60,357 bases of DNA, filler included, from Squatina squatina (GCA_031763465.1; 3 parts of 3 records of this genome joined end to end with filler, not necessarily neighbours in it), one strand, 5' to 3'; shown: positions 40,501-53,668, counted from the whole stretch's first letter. Program-made: numbers and translations. Notes: generated by a model from the letters alone, not told the origin.

Positions 40501-42661
40501 TAGTTAGCTTCAGCAAAGTTGTCTTTACAGTGTAATGATCCAAACAAATATGAGTTATTGTGATGCGATTAGCATAACAATATGAAACACCAATTAGAAC
40601 AATAGTAATACAGAATGACCTATTATGAGTTCTTTCATTAAGTAACAATGGTATCATTGGCTTAAAAAGTATACAGGCCTTATATAATCTGTCACTAAAT
40701 CCAAACACAGCAATCAGAGAATACAATGAAGATAGAACCAAGGAAGACATTAATTAAGAAATCAGTCTCTCAATCCAACGTTATCCCTTTCGTTCACATC
40801 TAGTCCCATCCCTATACTATCAGGCCTTCTCTATAACTTTTATAGCCACCAATTTCTGTTTCTATTTTATCATATTAATACAATCAGTCTCAAAAATAAT
40901 CAGCGACTCCCATGAATTGATTAAAATACTTAAGCCATTTCCATACCGAGTAACAATTATATATGAAATGCTCCTATCCATACATTGTAACCTGAAAATC
41001 AACTCCCCTTTTTGAAATCAATCTTATCTAAGTCTACAGCCTAACCACAAAACAATGGGAAACTTCAAAATTAAAATACAAAGTAAGCCACAATGTTTTA
41101 AGGTTTCTTGCCCCAATGAGTGATGCACTGAATTGCCATTTGTACTAAATGCTCATTGTGAGACAATTTTAATGTTGTGCTTGAGACGGTAAATAATACA
41201 AGCACCAAAAAGACGAAAGCATACCTGAAAGAGAGATTTACACAGTAGCAAGAAAAAAAGGAAGCAAAAAGAAAGTTTAATAAAAATGTGAAGCTGTCTG
41301 AAAGCCGAACTCTATTGCTAGGTTAAAATGTGAGTAAAACACATCACCTCCTACTCTTACAACACATGTTTAGAGCGTGGAACACAAGCAGTGATTAATA
41401 ACAGCTGTATTCTTGGATTTTCTTAAACAATCTATGAAGTTTAATGTTTTAATGCTCTAAAAATGTAACATTATGGGGCCCCAATTGGTGTGTACTCGCG
41501 CCTGGCAAAGCTGCATACAAATAAAAAATGGCGATTTGCTCTATTGGGCCTAGCGCCCCAGAGCCGCTTAGGCCTCGTTGCTGGGGATGCAGTTGGTGCC
41601 GGGGTCAGACGCACGATGTCATTAGATTGCGCACCGACCCCTGTACGCCTGGTCATGACCCCCCTGTGTGGGTGAGCCGCCTTTGGAATTGGAGGTCGGC
41701 TGACCCACGGCACCACTGGCATTGGCAAGAACAGGTGTTTCACCTGTCATTGCCAAGGCACATTAAAGGCGCGGGTTCTGCGCCGATGGCTGCCATCTTT
41801 AAACATCGGTCGATTTTATTGGCTGACGTCTGACTGCCGTTTTCATTTTTTGTTGGATGTTTACTTAAATGGTTTTTCCTATTTTTGATTGGTACCGCCT
41901 CTGTCTCTTTAGTTGTGTTTTACGAATGTGAAATAGTAGCAAATTAGATGCAAATATGGCAAAAAATTTCATCTGCAAAAGTATGACAGTAAAAACAACT
42001 TTAAAAACAGTGGATCTGATATTCATGTGGAAGCTTTGGGAGAGCAGAAGTTGTGGTGTGGGACAGAACTTCACCCAGCCAATGCCAAAGTCTCTGACCT
42101 AATCCAAAATCTTAGGATCAAGTTCCTTTTCTCCTGAGGTTTGTAACAGGCAGTGAGGTATTGTTCCATTGATAAGTATTTTGGTACCTAGCATAATGCA
42201 TTTTCTGCACAATTTTCATCATATTATACATAATGAATAATGTTTTTAGGTAGTTAAAAAAAATAGGGCATCATCCCAGAATCTGAGGGGCTGGGGAGGG
42301 TGGGATGATAATCAAGACCATAATTGCTCAAGATCTCAAGTCAAAATTTTTCACAAGATCACACAACACAAAGGGGGTGAAATTGCCCTGTTAGTGCCCA
42401 GTTCAGAAGTCCTGCCCCCGCCACGGAATTGCCCTTCCTGCACCCACCCACCAAAGGAAGTGGAGCGCAATCTTGCAAGCTCCACTTCTTGTGGGGGCAG
42501 TAACCGGGGCGCTACTGGGTCACTGAGGAAGAAACGCACTTCAACGCCCCTCCCCTTGGAGNNNNNNNNNNNNNNNNNNNNNNNNNNNNNNNNNNNNNNN
42601 NNNNNNNNNNNNNNNNNNNNNNNNNNNNNNNNNNNNNNNNNNNNNNNNNNNNNNNNNNNNN

Positions 42662-42975
42662 ATCACACTACAGTGAATAGATAATCAAACTACAACTTTT
42701 ATTCACTGTAATTAATTATTGTTTTTATTCACACTCCATTAATTACTGCAATACATTATTAATATTAATCACACTAAAACTAATTTTATTAACCACACTT
42801 CAATGTTTATCATTTTTATTCAATGTAATTAGCGCTTTTCATCGCACTAGCAAATCATTGATTTTAGTAATATTCCAATTACCAATTCAATCACAATGCA
42901 ATTAATTGTTGATTTTAATCAAATTATAATTCTTTTTGCCATAGCAAGTTACCAATAATAATTACATTATAATTG
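42662..42975. repeat. Degenerate AT-rich minisatellite
   Basis: Recurring units resembling ttaatcacact..aattaattattgtt. Confidence 0.45.
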
Positions 42976-43510
42976 ATTTTTAAATTTTTAAAGGAAGGCT
43001 TTTATGAAAATATCATGCTTTCTTTGTAGTTAATTTCTTGTTTTTCCTTAATTAGATCTCCTGCTGTCTCCCTCTGTCCGAGACCATAACAATAGATGAC
43101 CGATGAATGTCCAAACCTCCATCAACTCTATTTTTAAACTGCAAGGTGTGGCAATGGTAAGGGTGTAATTTCCTTCTGTCGGGATAGCGTTAGTCTCTGC
43201 TCACTACATCTCAATTACAGCTTTTCAGAGTTCATTAGGGTGGGTAACTACTGGCATGGCCATGTCCCATCAATTTACAACACATCCTGGTGCCCCTGCA
43301 AGCTACACCATCACTCTACAACTCTCATCTTTAATCAGAGTGAAAAAATTAGCATTCATAACCACTCTCTGGNNNNNNNNNNNNNNNNNNNNNNNNNNNN
43401 NNNNNNNNNNNNNNNNNNNNNNNNNNNNNNNNNNNNNNNNNNNNNNNNNNNNNNNNNNNNNNNNNNNNNNNNAGCCAGAAACGAGATTACAACATTGAAT
43501 CATTTCTCTT

Positions 43511-43642
43511 ACAAAAGCAGAATACTGCGGATGCTGGAAATCTGAAATAAAAACAGAAAATGCTGGAAATACTCGGCAGGTCAGGCTTTCTCCACAGATG
43601 CTGCCCGACCTGCTGAGTGTTTTCCAGCATTTTCTGTTTTTA
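43511..43642. mobile_element. Collapsed Penelope-like element with inverted termini (hairpin)
   Basis: 43548-43586 is an inverted repeat of 43603-43642. The same terminal sequence occurs at 12312-12372, 44626-44700 and 59296-59358. Confidence 0.65.
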
Positions 43643-45504
43643 AATCATTCTTGGTATTGGTTATCATTTGTAAATTCCACAGTTTCAATTTTATGTCGGT
43701 TTTCTACTTTATTTCTTGGTCCGTTTCCTGGGAGCAGCTGCAGATATCAACTGTCATGCACTCCACATCATAGATGTCTAATGATATACAAACATGTTGG
43801 TTAATGGTTGTGAGATTATTATTACAGTTTTATTAAGAAGCAATCTGCAGTTGTTCACCAGGAAATTACAGTGAATAACAGTTTAACGAAGAGGGGTCAA
43901 ACTGAATTGATTTCATTCTTTCAAATATTGTAGCTCTTAATGTAATTTAATATTAAAATGATCCCACTATAATCCAAGGCACAGAGAAAGGGGGATTGTA
44001 CTATTTTCATATACTTAGAATATTTTCCTCTTCATTTAAAATTTCTCAAATATTCTTTCCACACAGTGAGTTAATAGATAGGGGCCAGTATTGAACAGCT
44101 TGTCGATGACTAGTAGGCAGTCAATACCTACCTGACAGTTTCCAGAGTCAACCATTACTATAGCATGAGCTGAAACTGAGACACAAATTAAGGCTAAGTA
44201 TGGCCTCTATTGTTCTGTTGTCTTCCCTCACAAATCACTTAGCAAAAGCTGCACAGCATGGTCAAAACATACTAGCTTTTCTTTCCTTTTCATATGCATT
44301 AGTTTCATTATTGCCCACAAAGGGTTCAAACAAAACAGGCAGTGATTGTAGTTCAACTCATCACAGCTGAAGCCTTCAGGGAAATTAAAGGATGTAGCTG
44401 ACCTGGGGAGGAGAAGTTGGGATCACACATCTGATGCTTTCATTGATGCTAATGGCTAAGCATATCCGAATACAACCAACTGACCCTTCAGAGAATGAGA
44501 GATTTAATTCATTAGCTTGCAAACCNNNNNNNNNNNNNNNNNNNNNNNNNNNNNNNNNNNNNNNNNNNNNNNNNNNNNNNNNNNNNNNNNNNNNNNNNNN
44601 NNNNNNNNNNNNNNNNNNNNNNNNNCCTGAAACGTTAACTGTTTCTCTCTCCACAGATGATGCCTGACCTGCTGAATGTTTCCAGCTTTTTCTGTTCTTA
44701 TTTTGTATTATATAAGCATATGTTATTTAGTAAGACAGTGGATTTTAGAGGCTTTTTGTTTGCATTTTCATATGGGGATATAGGAGCTAATGCTATTTCC
44801 GAAGTTAAACGCGAAACATGATTATTACGAGCAGTAAGGCATTTGTTCAGCATGTTACTGTTTAGCAGCGATCATATTTGATGCTGTGATCTCTTCAACT
44901 AATCCTTCAATCCCATCCACAGCACCATTCCGCCTGTGCCCATGAAGTAAATTTTTTTTGGCATGAGTGAGGTGACAATTGCTCAGAAACACTTCAACGT
45001 TTGAAGTATTTACTTTGTAACTGGTGGGTTTCAGTCTATTTTTCTTCTGCAGCTCTTATTCATTTTGATTTATCTCCCATCCATATACAGCCACTGCCTC
45101 ACCACGCTTCCATTGTTCCACCAGAACAGGGCTTTTACTGCGGAACATAATGTCCCTACGACCACCACTTTGCTAAAAGCAGATTTTCATTATTCGCAGC
45201 CGCTGTAATGGCTTTTTAGAACCACTTTAGATGGGAACTGAATTTGATACTACATTACGTTGTAGGGCTTCTCACAATAGGTTATGGGTTGTTCTGTGTC
45301 TGCACACAATTAGAGAGACCCAATTAAATCATTTGCGACAATAATAGGAAACAAAAGATAGCAAGGACCTAAAGTGGGGCTTCATTATTGTATTTTCTAC
45401 ATTATGTTAATTAGCTTTCTTTAAAGAACACAAAATGAAGGCGAGGTAGCAGCTTGTCTGGACCATGTAAAGCTTTGGATGAAATTATCATTTGAGAAAT
45501 TATC

Positions 45505-45604
45505 NNNNNNNNNNNNNNNNNNNNNNNNNNNNNNNNNNNNNNNNNNNNTTAATTAATTAANNNNNNNNNNNNNNNNNNNNNNNNNNNNNNNNNNNNNNNN
45601 NNNN
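45505..45604. other. Artificial scaffold-concatenation linker
   Basis: 44 N + TTAATTAATTAA + 44 N. Confidence 0.97.
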
Positions 45605-45712
45605 CCAAAGAAGTACGAATACTTCAAATCCCTTGCATTTGAGGAAACCAAAAATCAGTACACGATCAAGAAGGCAGCAGCATTTGAAGCAGAGATGGAA
45701 TACAGATGTTAA
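45605..45712 (+). CDS. Candidate C-terminal coding fragment of an unidentified gene
   Basis: Open from the scaffold start: PKKYEYFKSLAFEETKNQYTIKKAAAFEAEMEYRC*. Protein-like composition, followed by an AT-rich tract with AATAAA at 45921-45926. Not recognised. Confidence 0.3.
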   Translation, partial: PKKYEYFKSLAFEETKNQYTIKKAAAFEAEMEYRC

Positions 45713-47835
45713 AATTCTGGCAGTCTAAGGAAATACTTGCCTATTGTGGACTTAATCGACTAGTTATTTGCAGTGATGTATGTTTTGTGAGGCAGTATAT
45801 TTCATTGCCAGTCACATCACCATTACTGTAACCTGTTCAGTCATGAGAGTATTGAAACAACACTCCCCATTGGACCAGACCTCCTTTCTGGTTTGTCTCC
45901 CATAATAGTATTTTCTTTATAATAAAAAAAAGAGTACATTTAATCAAGTTTTATTGAAAATGACAATCTAAATCAAACCCTTTGTGGAAGCTTTACAGAC
46001 TACCTGGTGCTCCTGGAACACCATATTACATTGTCCATTTACCATCTGAACTTTTCAAGATCTGCTGTAAGTTTTTAGTGCCTTTTTAAACATGCCAAAC
46101 TTCAGTTCCCCCTCCGACCAAAGATCTTCAGTAAAATAGATGTAAAGAATGAGGAACTGTTCTCCAGCTACTCTTTTGAAATCCTCTCTGTACTTTTTAA
46201 AAGCAAGAATATTAATTAAGACAATTTAGCAATATAACAATGTCAAATTTGAAAGTCAGATTGGGGAAATGGAGGGTGAAGAGACTCATGAGAATATGAA
46301 TTCATTTTCTGGCCAGATTAAGAATGTGGTATTTGAAATAGACCCTTCACTTTTTTCCCCCGCTTCATCTGTGATAAAGTGGAAGCATAATTGATGGTGT
46401 GATTTTTAAAAAAAATCAAGTTGAGAATGGAGCTTGTTCTGTGAAGGCTGGTGATCAAAGTATATTTACATGGGAAATGCACATCTCTAGTTAAATGTAT
46501 AAACTTCAAAATGTTTAAGCATTTATAGGTTTTTGTTCAATACTATTGTAAACAATGAGTGTTGAATATAACCGAGCATTGGATATATTTTTTATTTCAA
46601 AAGGCAACTGATTGTTTCAGGAGCAGAATTAAAAATAGGGCACAAAATGCCTCATTTTCTCTATCATAAGTGTGGCTTTTATGAAATTTATTTTCATTTT
46701 GGGGATTTACTGTTTCCTTTTTACTGAAAGAAGTAATTGGTTTTTCTGAGCACTGAGTAGACTAAATGACAGCACTAAATGAGGAGCTAATGATTTATTC
46801 TGTACACTTGTGATGTAATGGAGTTTGGTAATCTATCATTTATCTACACTGGAAAATATTGTCTATTCTGACTAACTAGAAATTTTATATTGATTTATAT
46901 GGATAATTCTTGGAATCAGTTCCTTGGTTAATTTTAAAGCCTGCATCAACTTTCTTGTACATGATTTTAGATTTCATTTTTCTAAACAATAAAGTACATT
47001 TGGCATTTTGATGTATTGCATTTATGAAAAACACATGTTTTTGAAATCCAATTATGCATCCCCCACACTCTCCATTAATACATGAATATTTTGTGAAATC
47101 ATTGAGTACAAATTGGTGCTAGGTAGAATGTATTCAAGGTGAAGTTGACTGTTTACTTATTAAAAAGTCAACTGCATTTGTGCTGGCCAGTTGATAGCAT
47201 GGACTCGCTCTCAAATAGCAGTCATTTTTAATGACCATCTCTACCCTCCCCACATTGAGAATTGGATCACTGTTACTGACTCAAAGTGAACAGCAACTTT
47301 AGTCTGAAGAGTAAATCAATGAAGGCCAATTCCAGCTAGNNNNNNNNNNNNNNNNNNNNNNNNNNNNNNNNNNNNNNNNNNNNNNNNNNNNNNNNNNNNN
47401 NNNNNNNNNNNNNNNNNNNNNNNNNNNNNNNNNNNNNNNTGTCACAATAGAGACTACATTTCAAAAGCTGGTAAAGTGCTTTGGAATGTTTGAAAGGCGC
47501 TATGTAAATGCAAGTTCTGTATTTTTTTTCTACCTTTTCGCAGTGACGAGGGAGAGGCTGGATTTTGGTAAGAAAAATGAGGACTCTTCAATCCAATTGG
47601 ATGTGTTGGAGGGAGATTTACACTATTCTTAATGGAATATTGAGTAGGCACATTCAAATAGGGACAATATTAGGATATGTGTTCATGAAAATTAAAGTAA
47701 AGGCAAAATAGATGCTGGAACTGGAAGAAAAGGCTTCAAACCTTTCCTCTTCTACGTCACCCATGACTCAAACTATAAAAATACACTAATGCTTTTAGCT
47801 TTGTTTTTAAAAAAAGTTTGTTACATAAATTTTAC

Positions 47836-48605
47836 CTCATAAGTTGCTCCAATGGATTATTTTCACAAATATAAAGGACCTCATGTCTTTCACAGTGGAA
47901 GGTGTTGATAATCCTTTCAATGAGTTGCCCGGCTATAATTGTTTTGCCAGTTCCAGGAAGACCATGCACAAAGAGTTTTTTGCATTTCTCAATATTGTGT
48001 TTTGAATGAAGAATCTGAAATTGCTTCAGTGTTAGCAGATTGAGAAACTCACAGCCAAGTTGGTCACTTAGGAAGGATCTGAAACCTAGTAGAACAATAG
48101 TGAGCGCCCTCAGCAATGCTCTGATGTGAATGTCTTTTAAGTCAGTATAAGCGGGTGGGTACTGAACTTGTAACTTGCTCACAGACCCCTGCACATTGCC
48201 AAATCCCAACATAGATGCATTGCCATCTTCGTCTGACACACTGTCTATATACAGGATTGCTGAGATTACACAGAGTTTTCCTGCATAGCCACCTGGATTC
48301 ACCAGTTTTTGTTTGATGGAAAATGCTGTGGCTTTTGAATAACTGGTCACTCCCTCATTTTTCTGTCTGACGATGGTGTACAATAGTGGCGCACTCTTTG
48401 TGGCCACTAGGAGAGCATCACATATTACATCCAGGTTCTTTGGCAGGCCAATGTCAACAGCCCAGCTTCTGGAGAAAATCAGAATTCCTCGACTTCCTGC
48501 CAGTTTCATTGTAGGCAGCAGATTCCACAGAGCCGGATAATCTTCTAACAGTTCTTTATGCAAGTTCTCTGGTATTATACGGATTCCACTGGAGGAAGTA
48601 AATTC
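47836..48605 (-). CDS. Schlafen family, long helicase-containing type (SLFN5/11/13-like); large internal exon truncated by a gap at its 5' end
   Basis: Uninterrupted ORF with SRSWAVDIGL (SWAVDL motif), KQKLVNPGGYAGKLCV, FRSFLSDQLGCEFLNLLT, Walker A GLPGTGKT and LYICENNPL. Ends at AG|gtaaa donor. Confidence 0.92.
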
Positions 48606-49136
48606 NNNNNNNNNNNNNNNNNNNNNNNNNNNNNNNNNNNNNNNNNNNNNNNNNNNNNNNNNNNNNNNNNNNNNNNNNNNNNNNNNNNNNNNNNNNNNNN
48701 NNNNNGGGCAGCAAGGGATGGTCAAGAAATGCTCACCTTCAGAGAACAAAAATAAAGGATGTCTGTTTCAAGATGCAACATGAGAATTTGGTGCAAATAA
48801 GAGGCAGTAATGTGTAGCAGTCCTTTTCAGGGTTGAGCTCTAAGCTTCCAGGCTTAATAAAGAGAAAAGCAGCACTCGCATAACCTAAGTATTAACCACA
48901 GGTCGGTCCAAGGCTGAGTCTTTACAAGAACTGGTTTAAATAAGTCTTATCAGAAAGTAGCAAGCTAGCTAACAAATGGTCGATTTTTGGAGGAAACGGG
49001 AAGCAGTGGGAATTTATTGCAGTGCTAGAACCTCAAGTGATTCAATTATCAACATGACCGTCGTAGTAGTCGTATTTTACTGGTATTGCTCGACAGCTGT
49101 CCTCTGTTTCACTTCACCTTTTATTTCCTTGCACAG

Positions 49137-49305
49137 AACAATGCCAGGGTGGCAGTATTAGGTGCATCAGGTGGCATTGGGCAGCCTCTTTCTCTGCTGC
49201 TGAAGAACAGCCCTCTTGTGAGTGAGCTATCCCTGTATGATATCGCGCACACACCCGGTGTTGCAGCTGATCTCAGCCACATTGAGACCAGGGCAAAGGT
49301 TGTTG
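49137..49305 (+). CDS. MDH2: Mitochondrial malate dehydrogenase, exon 2
   Basis: Acceptor ttgcacag, donor gtgagt. Encodes [56 protein letters not shown] (Rossmann GASGGIG). Confidence 0.97.
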
Positions 49306-49665
49306 GTGAGTAAAAGTTTAAAGGTATGATGTATTTACTGCTGCCGAAGTGCTTATAATATGTATGTATTAATACCAAACTGCTTAATAGTCCAAGGCAG
49401 TACTTGTCTGAGGCTAATCCATAGTCTGATTGACCTCAGCAAAACATTTCACAACGGATGAATATTCTGAGGGAAAGTCTCTATAGTGGTTTACCTCAGA
49501 ATCAGACTGTCTAGAGCTTTGTTTGTCAGATTGTCTTAGCCAGATAGTCATGGGTTCAAGTCCCACNNNNNNNNNNNNNNNNNNNNNNNNNNNNNNNNNN
49601 NNNNNNNNNNNNNNNNNNNNNNNNNNNNNNNNNNNNNNNNNNNNNNNNNNNNNNNNNNNNNNNNN

Positions 49666-49810
49666 NCCTCCCACCATCAGACAACCCCCGGCCACCATCG
49701 GACCCCACATACCACAATCAGAATTGTCACTGCGATAGGGGACCATTCCTGCAATCAGGACTACCCTACGTGATCGGGACCCCACTCACAATCTCTCCCC
49801 CCACCACTAG
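49666..49810. repeat. Degenerate C-rich minisatellite of about 20-nt units
   Basis: Repeated ccaccatcag / ccaccatcggacc / gcaatcaggact / gtgatcgggacc variants. Confidence 0.5.
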
Positions 49811-50939
49811 ACAAAGCCTTGTGCTGCCGGCTTCCCTGCCTGACAGGCTTTGAGCCTGTTAATCAGGCTGACATTGGGTGGGAAACCGACAGAAAAAATT
49901 GCAAGATATTTGGGAAACCCGTTCTTCCAGGTTCACCCCCCAAAAATAAAATGCCCATCTGACTGAGAAAGCAGCCACCCACCCTGAGCCTTCCCCATTA
50001 CATCAGNNNNNNNNNNTGTCGGCAGGTAGACTTGGCTTCATTCTTCACCGTGTTTGTCTTTCTCACAAACCTATCTCGCCCCAAGAAGTACCAGCACTAC
50101 AAAGCTGCTATTGTTCGGATCAGTATGGTGTCCCAGAGGTGGAAAGCACAGTGGAGGCCATTGCTGAAGCATCACTTGAAACCTGTGGGTCTTTAAAGAT
50201 TGAAATAGACTGTGAATAACTGATTCGGTTGATATTTTGCGCAGTAAAGCTTAACTAGAAAGATCCTAGTGGATTTAGTGTTTCTGCATATTTTTAGAAA
50301 GTCATGAATTTCCCTCTAGAATATTTGTTCCACTTTTTGAAGGAGAGGATGATGAGGATGTGGAGGCGGAGAGGATGAAAGTCTGGCATCATAGATACTC
50401 ANNNNNNNNNNATTTCTCACACAGGCAGATGAGCCAACGATAAGATAAAACGGCTTGTAAATCCTAAATTGTGGAGAATCAAAAAATGCAATATAGAATT
50501 CTAAGTGGGAGTAAAAGACTATTTTAAACTTCCAAAGCAATGAAATTACTACCTGAATAGAGACTTTAATAGCCATGTACCATTATTTAGTTCGATCTGC
50601 TAAAGATCTCAAGTGGAACCATTAATATATTCCTATTTTTCAGTTTGAGAGAATTTGACAGTTTTCACATTTTAACTTGCTCTGTTCTTTGATTCAGAGA
50701 ACCAGCAAGATACCTGGGCTTATCTGGGCACAGTTCAGCCTGGCAAGAATCTGACTTAAATACGGCTAATCAGAGGGAAATAAGCACTACAGCAACAGAT
50801 GTTACAATGGTTGCCAAGTGAATGAGCTAATTTCTTTGTCACTAATATTCAGACAATCTGTTGAGTTGCCTCTGCTGCTTTCAGCCCCTTTGCCCTTTGC
50901 TGTAGCTGGAACCTGCATCCCCTCGTTTCTCTCCCATCT

Positions 50940-51305
50940 CCACTCGTGCCTCTCGTCCAGGAGACCCACCTGCTGCTGCTGCTCTCAACCTCATTCCCAC
51001 TAAATTGTTGAGCACCCCTACTTGCGTTCCTGGCCTGCATTGTAAATGGTTCCCATTTCTCAGGCACTCCTCCTTTCATCCTCTCCTCTCCTCCGTCCTT
51101 GCAAAATACAGCCCCATCTGCAACTTATCTTAAGATCTTTAATGTCGTGTTCCCATAACTCTTCTCCCTGCCTCCTTAAACCCTAATTGACCAAGCTTCT
51201 AATTACCCCTTCTAATATATCCCCCCTCAGCATCCTTTACACATCTGTAAAGTGCCTTGGGACACTTATCTATGTGCAGGTGCTATAATAAATGCAGATT
51301 GTTGC
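50940..51305 (+). mobile_element. Old L2 LINE 3' end in an MDH2 intron
   Basis: ttgaccaagcttct...ctgtaaagtgccttgggaca...ggtgctatataaatgcagattgttg tail. Confidence 0.6.
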
Positions 51306-51780
51306 TTGAGGGCAGTGGGGTTTCACGCAGCATATCACGTGAACCAACTTTGTGTCCGCAGCAGTGCTGAGCTCCGTGCTTCAGTCTCAGCCTGAACAAC
51401 TAAGCTTGATGGTGGCTGAAAGTATGTGAGGCACAGTCCAGATGGCAGCATACGGAACAGTACAGGGGAATTGGAGATTTACAGAATCTGCCCAAAATAT
51501 TGTCCCTTCAAGTGACCCAGTATATTACAAATTGAAGCACCCTCACACAAGAGACTTGGAACAGATTTCCTTTAGCATGTGGAATTGCAGTTTTTTATTG
51601 TTGGCCCTTGATTTACAAGGTGCCATTGTTGTGTGTACAGTGCTTTTTTTTCTGCTTTTTGCGTTCCATATTTAACGAAGGGGGGATTTGTTTTTCTGGT
51701 TGTCACCCAGTGCCTGTTAACATGGTGCAGTGCATCATGGATTTTAAGGAGGATTTTTGACTCTTCTGTCCAATATTTAG

Positions 51781-51932
51781 GTTCCGCCACCCTATCCATG
51801 GCTTACGCCGGTGCCAGATTTGTCTTCTCGCTCTTGGATGCTATGAATGGTAAAGAAGGAGTGATGGAATGTGCGTTTGTCAGGTCTGAAGAAACTGAGT
51901 CACCATATTTCTCTACACCGCTGCTTCTCGGG
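51781..51932 (+). CDS. MDH2: MDH2 penultimate exon
   Basis: Acceptor tatttag, donor gtgagt. Encodes (G)[50 protein letters not shown]. Confidence 0.97.
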
Positions 51933-52860
51933 GTGAGTTTGTGTGCTGTTTGGACTGGGCACGTTGTCCAGCTTTTAAATGATCAGCAGAAACCTTTTTT
52001 TTTCTCCCCACTTTTTACAAACTGCAAATGGTCAGCATCTTAAATCAGGCATGTACTTTAAATCTGACTTGTCCTATTTTGCTAGAATTGTTGCCTTTAA
52101 ACTTGAAATAAGAGGTCTACTCGCTGCCTTCTGTTTGTGTATTTCAATCTGCAGTTAGAAGCAAAGCCTACGTTTCCACAGTCAAACTTTGGTTACTGCT
52201 TACTCTTGCCGCAGTCCTATGTGCAATGATTTGNNNNNNNNNNNNNNNNNNNNNNNNNNNNNNNNNNNNNNNNNNNNNNNNNNNNNNNNNNNNNNNNNNN
52301 NNNNNNNNNNNNNNNNNNNNNNNNNNNNNNNNNCAGGAGGCTGCCTTTTGACTTTGTTTAATTTTAAACTTGCAAACTTCTTGCACTCTCCACATCCCCC
52401 AATGAAGACACTGACTCTTGCAGAGGTACAATTCTGCTGTTATCAGGAGCTCACCCAAATGGCCCAGTTTGTGAGCCGAGGTGATTTGACTGGAGGGCAT
52501 CTTGGCCATGTCCAATTCTGCACCCCTATGCCTTGTGTACACATACTTTCTGGCAGAGACCAGGCTAGTAATTGGAATTATGAAACATAATTTTCCTTCG
52601 CCCTCTTCCCCAGGGATGACGAGACCAACTATCGCATCCAGCTGCTGTCTTGGCTGAGATCACAGACCAGGAAATGAACCTGAGACTTTTTGGTCTTTTA
52701 CACCTTAGTGTAGTACGGTGTATCTCCTCACTTGTAAGGTCTCACTGTAGTATTTTTATCAGTTTAAATGCATTGCATCCCTCTAAGCTGTCTGCTGTTC
52801 TTAAAATTAGTTTTCTAATTTTGGTGTATTTCATTAAAAAAATATTGCCTTTTTTTCCAG

Positions 52861-52992
52861 AAAAATGGTATTGAGAAGAATCTTGGTCTAGGCAAGCTAT
52901 CTGCTTTTGAAGAGAAGCTTGTAGCTGAAGCTATGGGTGAACTCAAGGGCTCTATAAAGAAAGGAGAGGACTTTGTGAAGAACAGGAAGTAA
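52861..52992 (+). CDS. MDH2: MDH2 last coding exon
   Basis: Acceptor ttttttccag. Encodes [43 protein letters not shown], stop TAA at 52990-52992. Confidence 0.97.
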   Translation, partial: KNGIEKNLGLGKLSAFEEKLVAEAMGELKGSIKKGEDFVKNRK

Positions 52993-53456
52993 ATGAGTGG
53001 TTGCATTGATGTGTACAGAAGGGGAAAACTCCAACCTGTTGCAGACATCCCAACACAAGTAGCCATCCCATAGTGTTGGTCACTGCTGTATGTCTGTGTT
53101 GTGTGAGCAGTTTTTAAACCTCGAATCGTCATGGCAGATCTCTTAAGCTGATCATTAAATTACTAGCACCATTTCTCAAATGTTGCGTGCAGTTTTTATT
53201 TTCTCCAAAGACGACCAGTCAATCTTGTGCTATGTGTTGCATTTCCAAGACTTGTGTAAGTAATAGCACATCTAGATCTTAGCCTAAATGTATGTATGTG
53301 CTCAGTGTTTGGAAATACCTTGTCTGAGAGGATTTCCAAAGCTAGAATATACAATACTTGGAAGCTGAGTTCTGGGCTTTTCCTTGCACCTCAGGATGTT
53401 TTTCTACATTAATCGCATTATATAAATGTAATATTGCTGCTTGTTACAAAGCAGAC

Positions 53457-53505
53457 CATAAACTTGCATCTTCTTGACAAGTGTCTGCGTTATGTTTTCT
53501 TTTCT
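53457..53505 (+). terminator. Candidate MDH2 polyadenylation signal (variant CATAAA plus GU/U-rich downstream element)
   Basis: No AATAAA seen in the 3' UTR contig. CATAAA at 53457-53462 is followed about 20 nt later by gtgtctgcgttatgttttctttt. ATTAAA near 53154 is an alternative. Confidence 0.3.
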
Positions 53506-53668
53506 GGTCCCACCCCATACATTTTGAGATGCATGTAACTTCTTTTAAAACAGTTAAATATATCTTANNNNNNNNNNNNNNNNNNNNNNNNNNNNNNNNN
53601 NNNNNNNNNNNNNNNNNNNNNNNNNNNNNNNNNNNNNNNNNNNNNNNNNNNNNNNNNNNNNNNNNNNC

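Noticed and set aside
44800-45250. Stop-poor minus-strand frame (RRDIMFRSKSPVLVEQWKRGEAVAVYGWE...)
   Set aside because: No recognisable motif or splice signals, so it could not be assigned.
47832-48749. 305-aa ORF taken as a complete protein
   Set aside because: It reads through a 100-N gap and its stop lies inside a splice donor; only 47836-48605 is supported as exon.
49306-51780. Apparent loss of MDH2 exons 3-7 (pseudogene or compact gene)
   Set aside because: Gaps lie in the interval, and the remaining exons are intact with canonical splice sites.
52990-53010. Stop-codon readthrough extension of MDH
   Set aside because: The known readthrough is in MDH1 with a TGA-CTAG context. Here the gene is MDH2 with TAA-A.
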